Positions 29,451-40,196 of a DNA stretch of 64,000 nucleotides are shown here, piece after piece. The notes below the pieces were generated by a model, which made no database searches, had not been told where the DNA came from, and saw nothing but the letters and a program-made list of their open reading frames with translations. Positions within the stretch are counted from its first letter, which is position 1. Each line of letters starts with the position of its first letter. Source of the DNA: a virus; the IMG/VR virus record IMGVR_UViG_3300045836_000088, positions 1-64,000 of that record; one strand, written 5' to 3'. A program made the translations under genes and the position numbers.

Positions 29451-30235
29451 TATGCTTTAGGGGTTAGGTTAGTTGCACTTCTAATCGCTTCGTTAAAGTC
29501 TGACAGGTTAAATGGATTGATTCGGCTTTTAGCTTTGCGCTTTTCATTATAGTATCGACGCTCATATTCAGCTACTACACCTGCCGGATATTTCTTGATC
29601 TGGTCAATAGAGTTTTGCCACCTGATCCATGCTAACATTGCTTCGGCAGCTCTGCTATCTATGGTATAATCTTCTGCATCCTCATCAAATCCGCTTGAAA
29701 GGTATTCTAATAATATTTGTGAGTACTGGAAGTCTGGATTTAATACAATAGTCTCTGTCTTTACATCTATTGTGTATTCTCCAATTGAAGCTGTTCCGCT
29801 TGGCAGGCCATATAGATTATAACTGGTGCCTGAATAGAAATAGTTAAAGTAATATGACAGGTTATAACCTCCGTAATATCCGTTCTGACCATCAAGACCA
29901 ATACTATTAATAGTGGGGATACTTACATTTGCATTAGCCTCATCATAAAAAACAGCATGTCTTTTAGCTAATTGGTTATTGCGCTTTAAAGTCACAAACT
30001 CGCCTGCGTTATTGATAATTCCTATTTTACTGTAGTTGATGTAATCATCTGGCAGGAACACAGTTTTATTATCTTCAACATTCAGTAGTTCGGTCTTAAA
30101 TGTCCCGCATATATCAAGGTTAAATTCATTCTCTACGCCTCTAACAGCAAGATTATAAAGCCTTACAAACTGATTTTGGGACAAATCACTTGAAGAAATA
30201 AACTGTGCCACTATTTTCTTTATCGTTGTCTGCAT
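29450..30235 (-). CDS. tail ring/adaptor protein
   Basis: LPDDYINYSKIG motif; position between capsid and muzzle genes. Confidence 0.6.
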   Translation of the reverse strand: MQTTIKKIVAQFISSSDLSQNQFVRLYNLAVRGVENEFNLDICGTFKTELLNVEDNKTVFLPDDYINYSKIGIINNAGEFVTLKRNNQLAKRHAVFYDEANANVSIPTINSIGLDGQNGYYGGYNLSYYFNYFYSGTSYNLYGLPSGTASIGEYTIDVKTETIVLNPDFQYSQILLEYLSSGFDEDAEDYTIDSRAAEAMLAWIRWQNSIDQIKKYPAGVVAEYERRYYNEKRKAKSRINPFNLSDFNEAIRSATNLTPKA

Positions 30236-30879
30236 TATGATGGTATGCTTACTTCGTCATTTAATGTATCTCTCTGTCTGTTAGCTGTTGACATCAATCT
30301 CGCAATTACCTTTTCTGATAATAAAGCCTCGTAGTTTTTCGGCAACTGCAAGACGGTATCTAACAAAGCTCCGTCAGGCATTGCGCCAATAAGATTGATG
30401 TTTACTGCTGAAAAGTTATATTCAATGGTATTGTCAAATACTATTTTAGTATCTTCTATATAAGCAGTTACAAATCCCCTTACAGGCGGCAACATATCCT
30501 GCGCGAACTTTGCCCTGTTTGGCATAAGTACGATTTGCTTCTTTGGAATAACCTTACCATTGAGTATAGGAATTATCTTTTGTACTTCCTGATTTGATGG
30601 TAAAGCGGTTGGAATAGCCGGAAGTTGGATATATGTATCACCCGTCAGATCATCGGTTTGTACGGCGATATTTTTAAAAGTAGCAATGAATGTATCGTTA
30701 GCGTACGTAGTTTCACCCGCATTGCTATTCTCAAAGGCATTTTGTCGCGCAATAGCCGCCCATTCCTCAGATATAAGTTGCGCTACATGCTTTAATGAAA
30801 AGTTGCTATCATCTGACCTCTGCCCCCTATAGAAAGTGGTCAATATTTTCTCGGCCTGTACTCTGTAGGTAGTTGTCAT
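30235..30879 (-). CDS. tail ring/adaptor protein
   Basis: Position, size, YIQLPAIP motif. Confidence 0.55.
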   Translation of the reverse strand: MTTTYRVQAEKILTTFYRGQRSDDSNFSLKHVAQLISEEWAAIARQNAFENSNAGETTYANDTFIATFKNIAVQTDDLTGDTYIQLPAIPTALPSNQEVQKIIPILNGKVIPKKQIVLMPNRAKFAQDMLPPVRGFVTAYIEDTKIVFDNTIEYNFSAVNINLIGAMPDGALLDTVLQLPKNYEALLSEKVIARLMSTANRQRDTLNDEVSIPS

Positions 30880-31517
30880 GCGTTAAGTTTTTCTTGAGTA
30901 ATAGCAAAGTTTTCCAGTTCCGAATCGCGGAAGTTCACACCCAAATCAGTCAGCATTAAATAGCAGATTTGATCTATATCTGTATCACTCCATACTGGCT
31001 GCACAGAATTTCCGGCATCATATACCGGCCTGTTACCTACCAGTGTGTATGCCCATTTTGAGGGTGTAGGTTTTTTTAGATAAACTAAAATTGCATCCCC
31101 CAAAGTGACAGGATAAAACTTTAGCGTAGTCGAATACCTGATATAAATTGGAAATTCAGCGTCAGGGGCATCATAGGCACTTGATAAATGATTAGCTTTT
31201 CTGTCATCTTCCACTTCTGTTACTTCCACCTCTATTCCATCATGCACGTGTGTAATGGAATCAACGTGAAGGAGGTCTGCCGGAAAAGCGTAAAGACCAT
31301 TAGTGTCAATGGTTATTGGCGTAGGGTCTGACTTTACTTTAGCAACGGTATCATTAATCTTTTCAGTGCTTCCGTATAGCTTATACTGGCTGTTGAAATA
31401 CCTCATTTCAGCACGAGGCCAAAGCAAATTAAAGTCATCTGGGCTGATTGTACCCAAATAACCGCCTTTAGTTGCCCTGTATTTGACCAGTTTAAAGCAT
31501 TCGTCTATCGTTGCCAT
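30876..31517 (-). CDS. tail ring/adaptor protein
   Basis: GYLGTISPDDFN, YLKKPTPSKWAY motifs. Confidence 0.6.
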   Translation of the reverse strand: MATIDECFKLVKYRATKGGYLGTISPDDFNLLWPRAEMRYFNSQYKLYGSTEKINDTVAKVKSDPTPITIDTNGLYAFPADLLHVDSITHVHDGIEVEVTEVEDDRKANHLSSAYDAPDAEFPIYIRYSTTLKFYPVTLGDAILVYLKKPTPSKWAYTLVGNRPVYDAGNSVQPVWSDTDIDQICYLMLTDLGVNFRDSELENFAITQEKLNA

Positions 31518-31521
31518 ACAT

Positions 31522-31555
31522 CAAATATCCCCAATAAACAGCCTGTATTTTAGGG
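31522..31555 (-). promoter_or_regulatory. putative late promoter CCCTAAAA-N18-GATATTTG
   Basis: Motif with conserved spacing, just upstream of 31517 start. Confidence 0.5.
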
Positions 31556-31614
31556 CATAAAAAAGGGGGCCAGCGTCACGCTGAAACCCCCTCACATTAT
31601 GGACAGAGAAAAAC

Positions 31615-32526
31615 TTATTCCGCCAGAGCTAATTTTTCTAACTGCTCATATAAACTTACTACCGCTCTGTCGCCTTGGATTACCATAGAGGCTAACTGTT
31701 CGGCTGCGTCACCTTCCTTTACATCGCATATTACTTTGTTAGTATCTGTAAGCACAATTTTGCCGGGATAAACCGAAGCGGAAATGGTATTATCGCGTAA
31801 AGCCATCGCGAAGTTGAACTTGTACTTATTTAATGGGTTCACAAACTGCTTTAAGAAAGCGTCAGGGAATTGTTTAGCCTTAAAGATAAACTCGGTACGT
31901 ATTCTGTCCTCATCTTCTTCAGGGTTTTGAACATCAATACCGAAGAACATAGCTACAGGCAACATGTCTGCCAAATCGCATTCACGTGCTGCCTTTTCTG
32001 CCTCAAATGCCTTATCTGCATCGGTACGCATTTTTTGTCTTTGCTCATCCTCATTAACGAGGTAAAATATAGCCGGAGTTTCGTTAATAGGCTCTTTTAC
32101 GCCTTTGAACACATCCTGAACGGTCAACGCATCAAGCAAAGCGGTATTATTTCCATTTACCCTTAATGAACCGTTTCTGAAAATAATATGGTTTTGTGGA
32201 TTTTCAAGCTGTTGTTTAGTAGGCTCAGGGCTTACCTGATCTTTAACCCATATTGAGCTATAGCCGTACACATAACGCCAATTTTCAACCTCTCCGCGTT
32301 CTTCATTGTAACCCACGCCCTCATTAAGTGCGATATAAACAGGAGGAAAAGGGTTGTCAAGCATTTGGCCTGTCTTTAAATCTCTCGGTTTTGCACTTTC
32401 ATAGGTATTAATTAACTGGAAATGGTATCTTTTTTTATGATCCCATTTACTTGCAGCTTTCTTTCCCAACTTATTACCAAAGTTTGGATTGCCGCGTTTT
32501 GTTGTTTTTTCTTCTGCTTCTGCCAT
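31615..32526 (-). CDS. conserved phage protein downstream of major capsid gene
   Basis: 303 aa; YVYGYSSIWVKDQ...IIFRNGSLRV motif. Confidence 0.7.
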   Translation of the reverse strand: MAEAEEKTTKRGNPNFGNKLGKKAASKWDHKKRYHFQLINTYESAKPRDLKTGQMLDNPFPPVYIALNEGVGYNEERGEVENWRYVYGYSSIWVKDQVSPEPTKQQLENPQNHIIFRNGSLRVNGNNTALLDALTVQDVFKGVKEPINETPAIFYLVNEDEQRQKMRTDADKAFEAEKAARECDLADMLPVAMFFGIDVQNPEEDEDRIRTEFIFKAKQFPDAFLKQFVNPLNKYKFNFAMALRDNTISASVYPGKIVLTDTNKVICDVKEGDAAEQLASMVIQGDRAVVSLYEQLEKLALAE

Positions 32527-32553
32527 AAAATTTTAATTGATATAAGATAAAAT

Positions 32554-32581
32554 AAGCCCGACAACTAAGTATCGGGCTTTT
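32554..32581. terminator. terminator after capsid gene
   Basis: AAGCCCGA/TCGGGCTT stem. Confidence 0.65.
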
Positions 32582-32592
32582 AAATTTAATTA

Positions 32593-33951
32593 TTACACAC
32601 CTTGCATGATTGCGTACTGTTGTGCGCCTGCAACTCTTACACCCCAATAGCCGATAGTAGTCATTACTTTCTCAGCTTTGGTTGAAGTAGGTCTATCAGC
32701 GAACAAACCGTTTTCAGCCATGTGCCATTTGTTACCGCCAAATGGAGTTTGATACATGATAGTGAAACGCGGAACGGTCACGGTAGTACCGCTTTCATTT
32801 ACTCCTGAAGTTTTACCTTGAGGAATGAATAAAGAGAAACGGTAGCGTTTACCCAAACCTGATGAACTGTACATCGCTTGCTCATCAAACAACTGGTAGT
32901 TGGTGAAGTTGTACTTACGTTTGTAGATTTTCAACGAATCGAAGTCCCTTGAAATATCTATACCACCTCTTTTACCTGCATTGTCAGCATAAACAATTGC
33001 CCCGTTGTTAATTTCGGTAAAAATTGAGTTCTGCATCTCAATGTAAGATTGGTTGTCAGACAGTACGTCATACTCTTTAGGCGCACCAATAGAGCTTAAA
33101 GCACGCTCTAATTGAGCAAAAGTGGTAGTTACGCCCCAAGTATTATAAGTACCATTCACACCGTTAGCCTGAACTTGCTTAATTACACCGTTAGTGCCTT
33201 CCTCAGCGTAAGGCAGGTTATTTGCCTGAGTACCTTCCATAATCAGGTATTCGCGCTCTAAAAGCAATGCTAAGTCATCGTCCTGCTTTTGTTTGTAGGT
33301 ATATGAGTACTGGCCGTTAACCTGAAAATCGATCTTTTCAGCAGCAGACAAATCACCAATGGTAGTATCTTTACGGATTTCGGTACAGTAGTTGGTGTAT
33401 TTGTCAATATCGCGGATAACAGTTTGTGTTTTGTCTGACTGCTCACCTAAGTAAAGGAAGCCACGACCTAACAACTCATCACCTGCAAGTGTTGATACAT
33501 TTTCTCCTGTGTTAAGCGGAGTTAACACGAAGGTATGCGCATTTGGTGTAGATGTATTAGGAACAGCACTTACACGACCGTCAACGCCTGTACGGGAGTT
33601 GCGGAAGATCATTCCTAATGCAGGCAATGATTTAGTACCACTCTGAGAATAACCACCTGCACCTACGGTAATAGTAGCAGATGCGCCGTTGGCTACTGAT
33701 ACCGCACTTGATGAAGTCACAAAGCCCAAGAATGAGCCCCTGTTCTGATACCACAAAAATGCTTTGTTTGGTGACTTCTCAATATTACCTGCAAGCTCAT
33801 TAACCATCACGTATGGCACGAAATTGCGGGTTTCGATAAACTTATCATAAGGGTGAACGGTTACAATGTTCAACCCTGAGATCAAACCGTAACGGGTTAC
33901 GGAAGAATCGGTATAATTCGCCGGTGTGGCGTTTGGTGTTGTGATTGACAT
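32593..33951 (-). CDS. major capsid protein
   Basis: 452 aa after portal and scaffold; NYCTEIRKD, GTNGVIKQV HK97-type motifs; strong codon bias; followed by terminator. Confidence 0.8.
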   Translation of the reverse strand: MSITTPNATPANYTDSSVTRYGLISGLNIVTVHPYDKFIETRNFVPYVMVNELAGNIEKSPNKAFLWYQNRGSFLGFVTSSSAVSVANGASATITVGAGGYSQSGTKSLPALGMIFRNSRTGVDGRVSAVPNTSTPNAHTFVLTPLNTGENVSTLAGDELLGRGFLYLGEQSDKTQTVIRDIDKYTNYCTEIRKDTTIGDLSAAEKIDFQVNGQYSYTYKQKQDDDLALLLEREYLIMEGTQANNLPYAEEGTNGVIKQVQANGVNGTYNTWGVTTTFAQLERALSSIGAPKEYDVLSDNQSYIEMQNSIFTEINNGAIVYADNAGKRGGIDISRDFDSLKIYKRKYNFTNYQLFDEQAMYSSSGLGKRYRFSLFIPQGKTSGVNESGTTVTVPRFTIMYQTPFGGNKWHMAENGLFADRPTSTKAEKVMTTIGYWGVRVAGAQQYAIMQGV

Positions 33952-33980
33952 TTTCTAAAATTTTAATTGTTTGGATTAGT

Positions 33981-35024
33981 TTAACCCCATAATAATGCCC
34001 CAACATCGGCAGGTGTACCTTGTGTACCTTGCGATCTTTCACCTTCAAAATCAATGTTCTTGATCTCTTTGGCAATTACGCCTTTGGTAGCGGCAACCGC
34101 AGCTTGACTATAGACGGATTTAACGATTTTACTAAGGTTCTCCAAAGTATGCACATCCTCGGCAATCTTCAAGACATTCAAAGTTCCATCTTCATTTTTC
34201 CATCCTCTTTGCGTCATAAATTGATCTCCAGTCCATCCCTTCATTGCTTCAACACGCGCCTTTCTATCATCATCGGTCATTTTAAAAACCACTTCCTCGG
34301 GGTTCTTATCATCACCAACATTGAACTTTAGATCGGCTAACTTTACGACTTCGGTATCAATTGCTGCTTCCCACTTCTTTTTCGCTTCCTCAACCTGTTC
34401 CGGAGTGGGTTGATTGGCTTGTACAGGAGCGGGTTCTTCCTGCTTTATTTTGGGTAATTTTATGGTTTTCTGCAATTCTGATAGCTTAATACGGGCATCC
34501 CTCGCATCCCTATTCAACGCCATTTCATTGCGTTCAACTTCGGCGTTATGCCTTACCGCATCTTCAAACTCTTTTGGCTGTAAATCCTTATCAATAGTTG
34601 ATAAATCTACTTTTTCAAGGTTATTGCCATATTTAAAGCGTACTTCAAGCTCGATCTCATCTTTACTCCAAGAAGGGTTATCCTTCCGCAACGCTTCTCT
34701 AACTACATCCAATGCAGCCATTGTCTTATAGTCCTTTTTACGCTCGCTGAGATAGCTATAAATATCATCCTCTTTGTCGTTCTGAATAGCCTCCAATAGC
34801 CATTTCTGATCATCGTTAAGCTCCGGGTACTTCTCTACAATCTTTTCGACCACCTTTTCAATAACCTGTGGCTCTTGTGCTGCTGCTGGCGGCTCAACAA
34901 CAGGTGTTTCCACTGTAGCTGCCGGAGTTTCAACTACTGGCGTTTCTACAACAGGTGTTTCGACTACTGGTGCTTCGGTTTGCTGCTCGACCGGTGCTTC
35001 GGGCATTCCCATATATCCTGACAT
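33981..35024 (-). CDS. putative scaffold protein
   Basis: Acidic, PVVET repeats, helical; directly upstream of capsid gene. Confidence 0.65.
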   Translation of the reverse strand: MSGYMGMPEAPVEQQTEAPVVETPVVETPVVETPAATVETPVVEPPAAAQEPQVIEKVVEKIVEKYPELNDDQKWLLEAIQNDKEDDIYSYLSERKKDYKTMAALDVVREALRKDNPSWSKDEIELEVRFKYGNNLEKVDLSTIDKDLQPKEFEDAVRHNAEVERNEMALNRDARDARIKLSELQKTIKLPKIKQEEPAPVQANQPTPEQVEEAKKKWEAAIDTEVVKLADLKFNVGDDKNPEEVVFKMTDDDRKARVEAMKGWTGDQFMTQRGWKNEDGTLNVLKIAEDVHTLENLSKIVKSVYSQAAVAATKGVIAKEIKNIDFEGERSQGTQGTPADVGALLWG

Positions 35025-35061
35025 AATTTTCTCTTTAAATTGTCCTTTATGTTAATTTTCT

Positions 35062-35514
35062 CTATTTACTATTACGATTATCAAACGCCTGTATATCTGT
35101 CCCATAATCCTTTACTACAGCATTGGTTTTAGGGTCTACCACAACCGCTACAGGGAACTTGTGACTTAATGTTTTACTTCCCGGCCACCCATCAACAGGA
35201 GACAGCCCCGGCATAATATCAGCCTCACTTTTTACACCGTCTACCTGCGCTTTACCTGCTTTCCAGTTCGCCACCAATTGGTCACGGTAGTCGTGCAAAT
35301 CCTGCTGAACGTGTGGTATAAAATCAGGACTAACCTGATACTGAGGATAGGCCATGTTGTACTTATTAAGTAACATCATACCTACTCGTTTATCGCGTCT
35401 ATCCAACATTGGATTGTTAGCCATTTTTTGCGCAGCAACAAAATCTACAAACTTATTCCAGTTTGTTTTCTGTTCCGGCGTTAATGCTCCTGATGATTTA
35501 TTTCCGTCTGGCAT
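35062..35514 (-). CDS. hypothetical protein
   Basis: 150 aa ORF between portal and scaffold. Confidence 0.7.
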   Translation of the reverse strand: MPDGNKSSGALTPEQKTNWNKFVDFVAAQKMANNPMLDRRDKRVGMMLLNKYNMAYPQYQVSPDFIPHVQQDLHDYRDQLVANWKAGKAQVDGVKSEADIMPGLSPVDGWPGSKTLSHKFPVAVVVDPKTNAVVKDYGTDIQAFDNRNSK

Positions 35515-35565
35515 ATGTCAAAAATATGTATTGGATTGATTTGATTTTGAGCCACTATTTTCCAT

Positions 35566-35599
35566 AAAAAAGCCCCCTTACACTCGCTGTTTGGGGGCT
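35566..35599 (-). terminator. intrinsic terminator after portal
   Basis: AGCCCCC/GGGGGCT stem with U-tract. Confidence 0.65.
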
Positions 35600-35632
35600 A
35601 AAAACGCAAACTAAAACTATATGAAACTACTA

Positions 35633-38071
35633 TTAAGCTGCTTGTTGTTCTTGTGGTGGCGGCTGTTGCTGTTGTTGTTCAGCCTGTAATTGTGCTTGTT
35701 GCTGTGCTTGTGCCTCTGCTGCTTCTTGGTCTTGCATTTCATGAATGGCATTGACCATTATTTGTTTTTGGGTTTGGTCTACTATTCCTAACCCGTCCCA
35801 AACAAATTGCGGTATGTCTTTCCATGTTTTAGTAGGGTCATTCAATATGCCCTCAATGATCTTAGCTTTGGCAATACCTACAAATTTCAGAATTTCAATT
35901 TCCTTACTATTTTCAAGCTGTGCGGCCATTTCTTTAGCCTTATTATCAGCCTTTAACTGCTCCAGTTGCATTTCACCATCTGATTTGGCTTTGGCTGCTG
36001 CAATAGCTGACTGAGTATTGTCTATTGAATTTTGTCTTGCTTGTTGCTCTAATTCCTTTTTGCGCCTGTTAATACGTGCTGCAAGCATGTACGAAGCATA
36101 CACCACATCTATTTCAGCTAATCGCCTTACATCAATAGCATCGTTTAGCTGGATTTCGTTTTGAGATAATGCTTGTGCGATATTCTGCTCTAAAAACTGT
36201 TGCTCGCTATCATCATTAACTACCTTTATCAGCACATCGAAGTTTGTCTTTTCAAAGTCGTCAGTAGCATTGATTTTAATATATTCAATATTGTTTGCTC
36301 CTAACGCTCTACGGTAGCCATCGTAAGAGTTTGTTTTACCAAATACCAGTATATCCCAACCTCTTAGTTGAACTAATTTAGCGGCTCTCTGCTTAATATT
36401 GATGTAAGAGTTGTAAATGTAATTTGACGCACTTTCGCCCATTTTTTGTGCATCATGTAGCACTTGTGCGCCCGTTCCTTGATTCCTGATTTCTCCTGCG
36501 TCAAGGCTATTGCTGCCGATAATACGATAGAGTGTGTCCCATCCCTGATTCCATTTCGCCATCAACTGTTCCAGCTTACCGGAAAATGGTACATTGTTAG
36601 CGGTAATAGGTTCCCTGCGCTGACCTTTTCCGTCATCCTCTAAACGCTTATAAAAGCCGATACCTGTTTGCTTTTTAATCTTATACAGGTCATAAGGGGA
36701 TAATGTACCTTCTCCTAAACCTATATCTACATCCGACATAGTAGAAATATCCACATCATAACCATCCGGCATAGCAGCTGCAATTATTTTCTGCTGTTGC
36801 AGGTCAATAAGCTGCATCATCTTAATGGTAGGTATCATAGTTTCAATCAATGGCGTATTTACCATTTGATTGTTACCATACATATAGACAGCGTATGATG
36901 AATAGATTTCCTGCAAGTTCTGTGAGGGCTTAATCATATTTTTAGATAAGCCCCATTCTAAAACATATTCAGTCTCAGCGATCATAACGCCCGTGTACTG
37001 AACGTAATATGGATTGCTTTGCAGGGTCTTTTCAGGGTCAGTAACGCGGGATATACGGTCTAACGTTTCCTTACCGAACCTATCTTGCCCTACTTTGTAT
37101 TTCAGGTTATAAAGCGTTTTAAAGTCCAATTCAATAACTTCAACGCGCCAGCTATCGTATGGCCTTGCTAATGCTGTAGTATAGGCGGCATCCCATCCAT
37201 AACTAAAGTCAGCAGGATTACCAAACTTACCTTTAGCATTTTGCGCCAATTCAAATAGCTTTTCTTCGCTTACTTTTCCCGGATATTTGAGGCGTATATC
37301 GGCAATAGACATATAGAATGCTTCGCCTATCCATTGCCAGTCCCTAAAGTCATTCCATTCTGTATAAGAAGTAATTAGATTTTCAGGCTTGATAAAGCGA
37401 ATTTTAATACGCCCTGTAGCGTCGATAAATACTTTTACACCTGCATATCCACAATTAATAAGATCGTCCATTAGGCGGTCTTTAATTACACCGTCAAAGT
37501 CATTTTCATACATGACAAGCGTAATTAACTCCTGCATCATTATTTCTTCTTCTTCCTTGTAGTTATAGCCAAACTCTACGTTAACTTCTTCCTCACTTTG
37601 CGGGTCGTTATCACTAAAATTCTCAATAGGAACACCAGATTGTTGCTGCAATTGCATAATTCGCAATTTCTCGCGCAATTTGAACAAGGCATTATCTTTA
37701 GCCTTTTTCTTTTTATCTGTGACGTATGGGTCTATTGAGTTACAGGATATTTTCTCTATCCGTTGGTTATACCGATCTTTTAGCCTGTTTAAAAAAGGAA
37801 TAGCTATAGGAAGTGGTGAGTAGTCAAGATTCACTACAGATAATTCCCCGTCAAGGTCAAGGCGGTCTTTATATTCATCCATAGGCTGTTTACCCATAGC
37901 GAAAGCCCTGTTATAGTCAAATCTCGCCTTACGTCCTGAACGTGTTTCGCCATTATACCCTGTATTCCACTTGTTGTATGCCCCGGTCATAAGTTTAAGA
38001 CCAAATGAAGGCAAGTCCTTTTGATCGTCCGGCAATAGAGGGTTTGGCATTGTTGATGTACCTGTGAGCAT
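35633..38071 (-). CDS. portal protein
   Basis: 812 aa after terminase; FAMGKQPMDEYK, NLDYSPLPIAIPF motifs; Q-rich tail. Confidence 0.85.
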   Translation of the reverse strand: MLTGTSTMPNPLLPDDQKDLPSFGLKLMTGAYNKWNTGYNGETRSGRKARFDYNRAFAMGKQPMDEYKDRLDLDGELSVVNLDYSPLPIAIPFLNRLKDRYNQRIEKISCNSIDPYVTDKKKKAKDNALFKLREKLRIMQLQQQSGVPIENFSDNDPQSEEEVNVEFGYNYKEEEEIMMQELITLVMYENDFDGVIKDRLMDDLINCGYAGVKVFIDATGRIKIRFIKPENLITSYTEWNDFRDWQWIGEAFYMSIADIRLKYPGKVSEEKLFELAQNAKGKFGNPADFSYGWDAAYTTALARPYDSWRVEVIELDFKTLYNLKYKVGQDRFGKETLDRISRVTDPEKTLQSNPYYVQYTGVMIAETEYVLEWGLSKNMIKPSQNLQEIYSSYAVYMYGNNQMVNTPLIETMIPTIKMMQLIDLQQQKIIAAAMPDGYDVDISTMSDVDIGLGEGTLSPYDLYKIKKQTGIGFYKRLEDDGKGQRREPITANNVPFSGKLEQLMAKWNQGWDTLYRIIGSNSLDAGEIRNQGTGAQVLHDAQKMGESASNYIYNSYINIKQRAAKLVQLRGWDILVFGKTNSYDGYRRALGANNIEYIKINATDDFEKTNFDVLIKVVNDDSEQQFLEQNIAQALSQNEIQLNDAIDVRRLAEIDVVYASYMLAARINRRKKELEQQARQNSIDNTQSAIAAAKAKSDGEMQLEQLKADNKAKEMAAQLENSKEIEILKFVGIAKAKIIEGILNDPTKTWKDIPQFVWDGLGIVDQTQKQIMVNAIHEMQDQEAAEAQAQQQAQLQAEQQQQQPPPQEQQAA

Positions 38072-38090
38072 ACTTACTTTTTTAACAAAC

Positions 38091-40196
38091 TTATCTATTA
38101 TAAGCGTTGCTTTTTTTGAGCTTTAAAAACGTCAAAACTTTGGTTTCTACCTTTTCTGACTGCTTCCATTCCTTTAATCCCATTAGTGAATAACCCCATG
38201 CCATGCAAGCGTCATAGTCGGTACGCTCATCTATATCAAACTTTACCATTTCTTTCAGCAGGCGCAGGAATTTTATCTTGTGCATATTGATTAAAGCATA
38301 TTCCTTCATTTCAGTAAGGTGCTGCTCTCTTGCTTCTTTATCCTGTGGTGCTATGCCGTACACTTCGGAACCATTCGCACGTTTACTGGTAATCAGGTAG
38401 CCAACTTTCTTAGGGGCATCCAATTCAGAAGCAAGCCTGTTTTCTACTGCGTAATCCTCCCAATCAGTAGGTGAGCGTTCTGCTAATAATTTAATTCCAT
38501 AGTATTCAAGTCCCCAAAATACCTGATCGTGGAAGTCGCGCTTTTTATCCGGCCTTCCCAAGAACATAGCCACTGGCATGTTGGAGTTTTCAGGGTCTAA
38601 CGCATCATATCGTTGGTGGATAATACAGCAAGCATCAGAACCGGGATCTACTGTGGCCTTAGCATTAGCATACGTATCTAAACCTGCCGCGCCAAACACC
38701 CCATTTGTAGGATATTTAATACTGCCATGATACTTATTTTGATTTGGCTGATCGATTAGCTTGAGGATGTACCACATGCCGTTCGGATCATCAACTGGAA
38801 CCTTCTCACCGCTGTCTTTTTTCTTAAAAGACATTCTACGGCCATTTTCCTTTTGACCTAATTTCCGGCATTCTTCCTCAATAATTGCAATTTGAGCGTT
38901 AAGCTCATCTAATTTGAAGTTACACCTGTTATTAGCTCCTTTGAATACCTCTTGCCATGTGAAAGGATTTTTTAAAATCTCCTCCAATAGCATTTCGGCA
39001 TCATTCTCTAACATCTTTCGGTTTTCTTCCAGATAAGTTTTCGCACCGATATATGGGTCAGGACAAGGTAAACCAGTAGATGGGTCTATAAATGTTTTAA
39101 GATATTCTGTCTGCTCTTTAGTTGGATTTTCAATGATTGATTCACCGTATTTACCGACGTAGCCCAAAAAGCCTTTATAAGCCGGTATAAAGAACCTTTT
39201 CAATTTACTTACTGTTCTCCCAAAGCGATCTTTTTTGCCGTTTATATGGTCTGAATTGTCCCATATTGCCCTGAAGTTATCACCACCTTCATCACCTTTG
39301 TTGACTGTGGTAAACAACGAAACGTGACCACCGATCATAGCACCAACAACCAATGTGTCGCTGATGCGGGTTAAACACTTTTGAACGTTATATTTCTTCC
39401 ATTTTCCAGCCTCATCAATAGTTACGTGCCTTACCCGTCTTCCGTCATAAGCATTCTCGGAAGTATCAAGCCAGTTTACACGGTTATTCTTACCCTTATC
39501 GCCACTGGCCTTTGTATTATTCTTAGTGATCTTTTGGGATGGTTTTGCAATATGTATTTCAGATTCCGTAACCTTGTTTAAGTCCGGCATCAAAAATTCA
39601 GGCAGATTTTCAAGGGAGTGCTTCACGAAGAAATACATCTCCTGCGCATCCGTACCTGTTTTTGAAACAATACCCTGTAATGTATTGGATTCCAGTATAG
39701 CGATCAATAATTTATTGGATGCAGACATAGAGGACAAGCCCAAACGTCTACCTTTAATACCACAATCGCCTAAACAGAATTGGTCTTTCTCGCATATCTC
39801 AAAAAACCGCATGTACTCAAGGGAAGTTTCCTTATAAATTGGTTGTATGCCTTCTTGTAGGGTATGCCATTGATGGAAGAAGTAACAATAGTTATTGAAG
39901 TAGGTAGGAACTCCATTAATCATTATCCAATCTCCGGTGTGCAATCTTTCAATTTCTTCCTCAAACCATTGGCGTTGGTTATTATCAGCAATATCCCACC
40001 AACAATCACCTTTCTTAGGGTCAGTATTCCAATCCCACTGCTCATGTTCTGTTCGCCTTGACCATACCTGATCTTTAACCGGTAAATCATACCCCCGAAT
40101 TGTATTTAAAGCAGGAATAGGGGGACATACATACGTAAGTCCCTGAACTTCTATCGTGAGGATTTGTCCTTCTTTATATTTAGGCTTTGGCGGCAT
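38091..40196 (-). CDS. terL: terminase large subunit
   Basis: KGRRLGLS Walker A, VTIDEAGKW Walker B, GLDTY and DYDACMA nuclease residues; ATG at 40196 preferred (ORF open to 40229). Confidence 0.9.
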   Translation of the reverse strand: MPPKPKYKEGQILTIEVQGLTYVCPPIPALNTIRGYDLPVKDQVWSRRTEHEQWDWNTDPKKGDCWWDIADNNQRQWFEEEIERLHTGDWIMINGVPTYFNNYCYFFHQWHTLQEGIQPIYKETSLEYMRFFEICEKDQFCLGDCGIKGRRLGLSSMSASNKLLIAILESNTLQGIVSKTGTDAQEMYFFVKHSLENLPEFLMPDLNKVTESEIHIAKPSQKITKNNTKASGDKGKNNRVNWLDTSENAYDGRRVRHVTIDEAGKWKKYNVQKCLTRISDTLVVGAMIGGHVSLFTTVNKGDEGGDNFRAIWDNSDHINGKKDRFGRTVSKLKRFFIPAYKGFLGYVGKYGESIIENPTKEQTEYLKTFIDPSTGLPCPDPYIGAKTYLEENRKMLENDAEMLLEEILKNPFTWQEVFKGANNRCNFKLDELNAQIAIIEEECRKLGQKENGRRMSFKKKDSGEKVPVDDPNGMWYILKLIDQPNQNKYHGSIKYPTNGVFGAAGLDTYANAKATVDPGSDACCIIHQRYDALDPENSNMPVAMFLGRPDKKRDFHDQVFWGLEYYGIKLLAERSPTDWEDYAVENRLASELDAPKKVGYLITSKRANGSEVYGIAPQDKEAREQHLTEMKEYALINMHKIKFLRLLKEMVKFDIDERTDYDACMAWGYSLMGLKEWKQSEKVETKVLTFLKLKKSNAYNR

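Noticed and set aside
34860-35000. 15-bp repeats (PVVET) as a DNA element
   Set aside because: Explained by the low-complexity N-terminus of the scaffold protein
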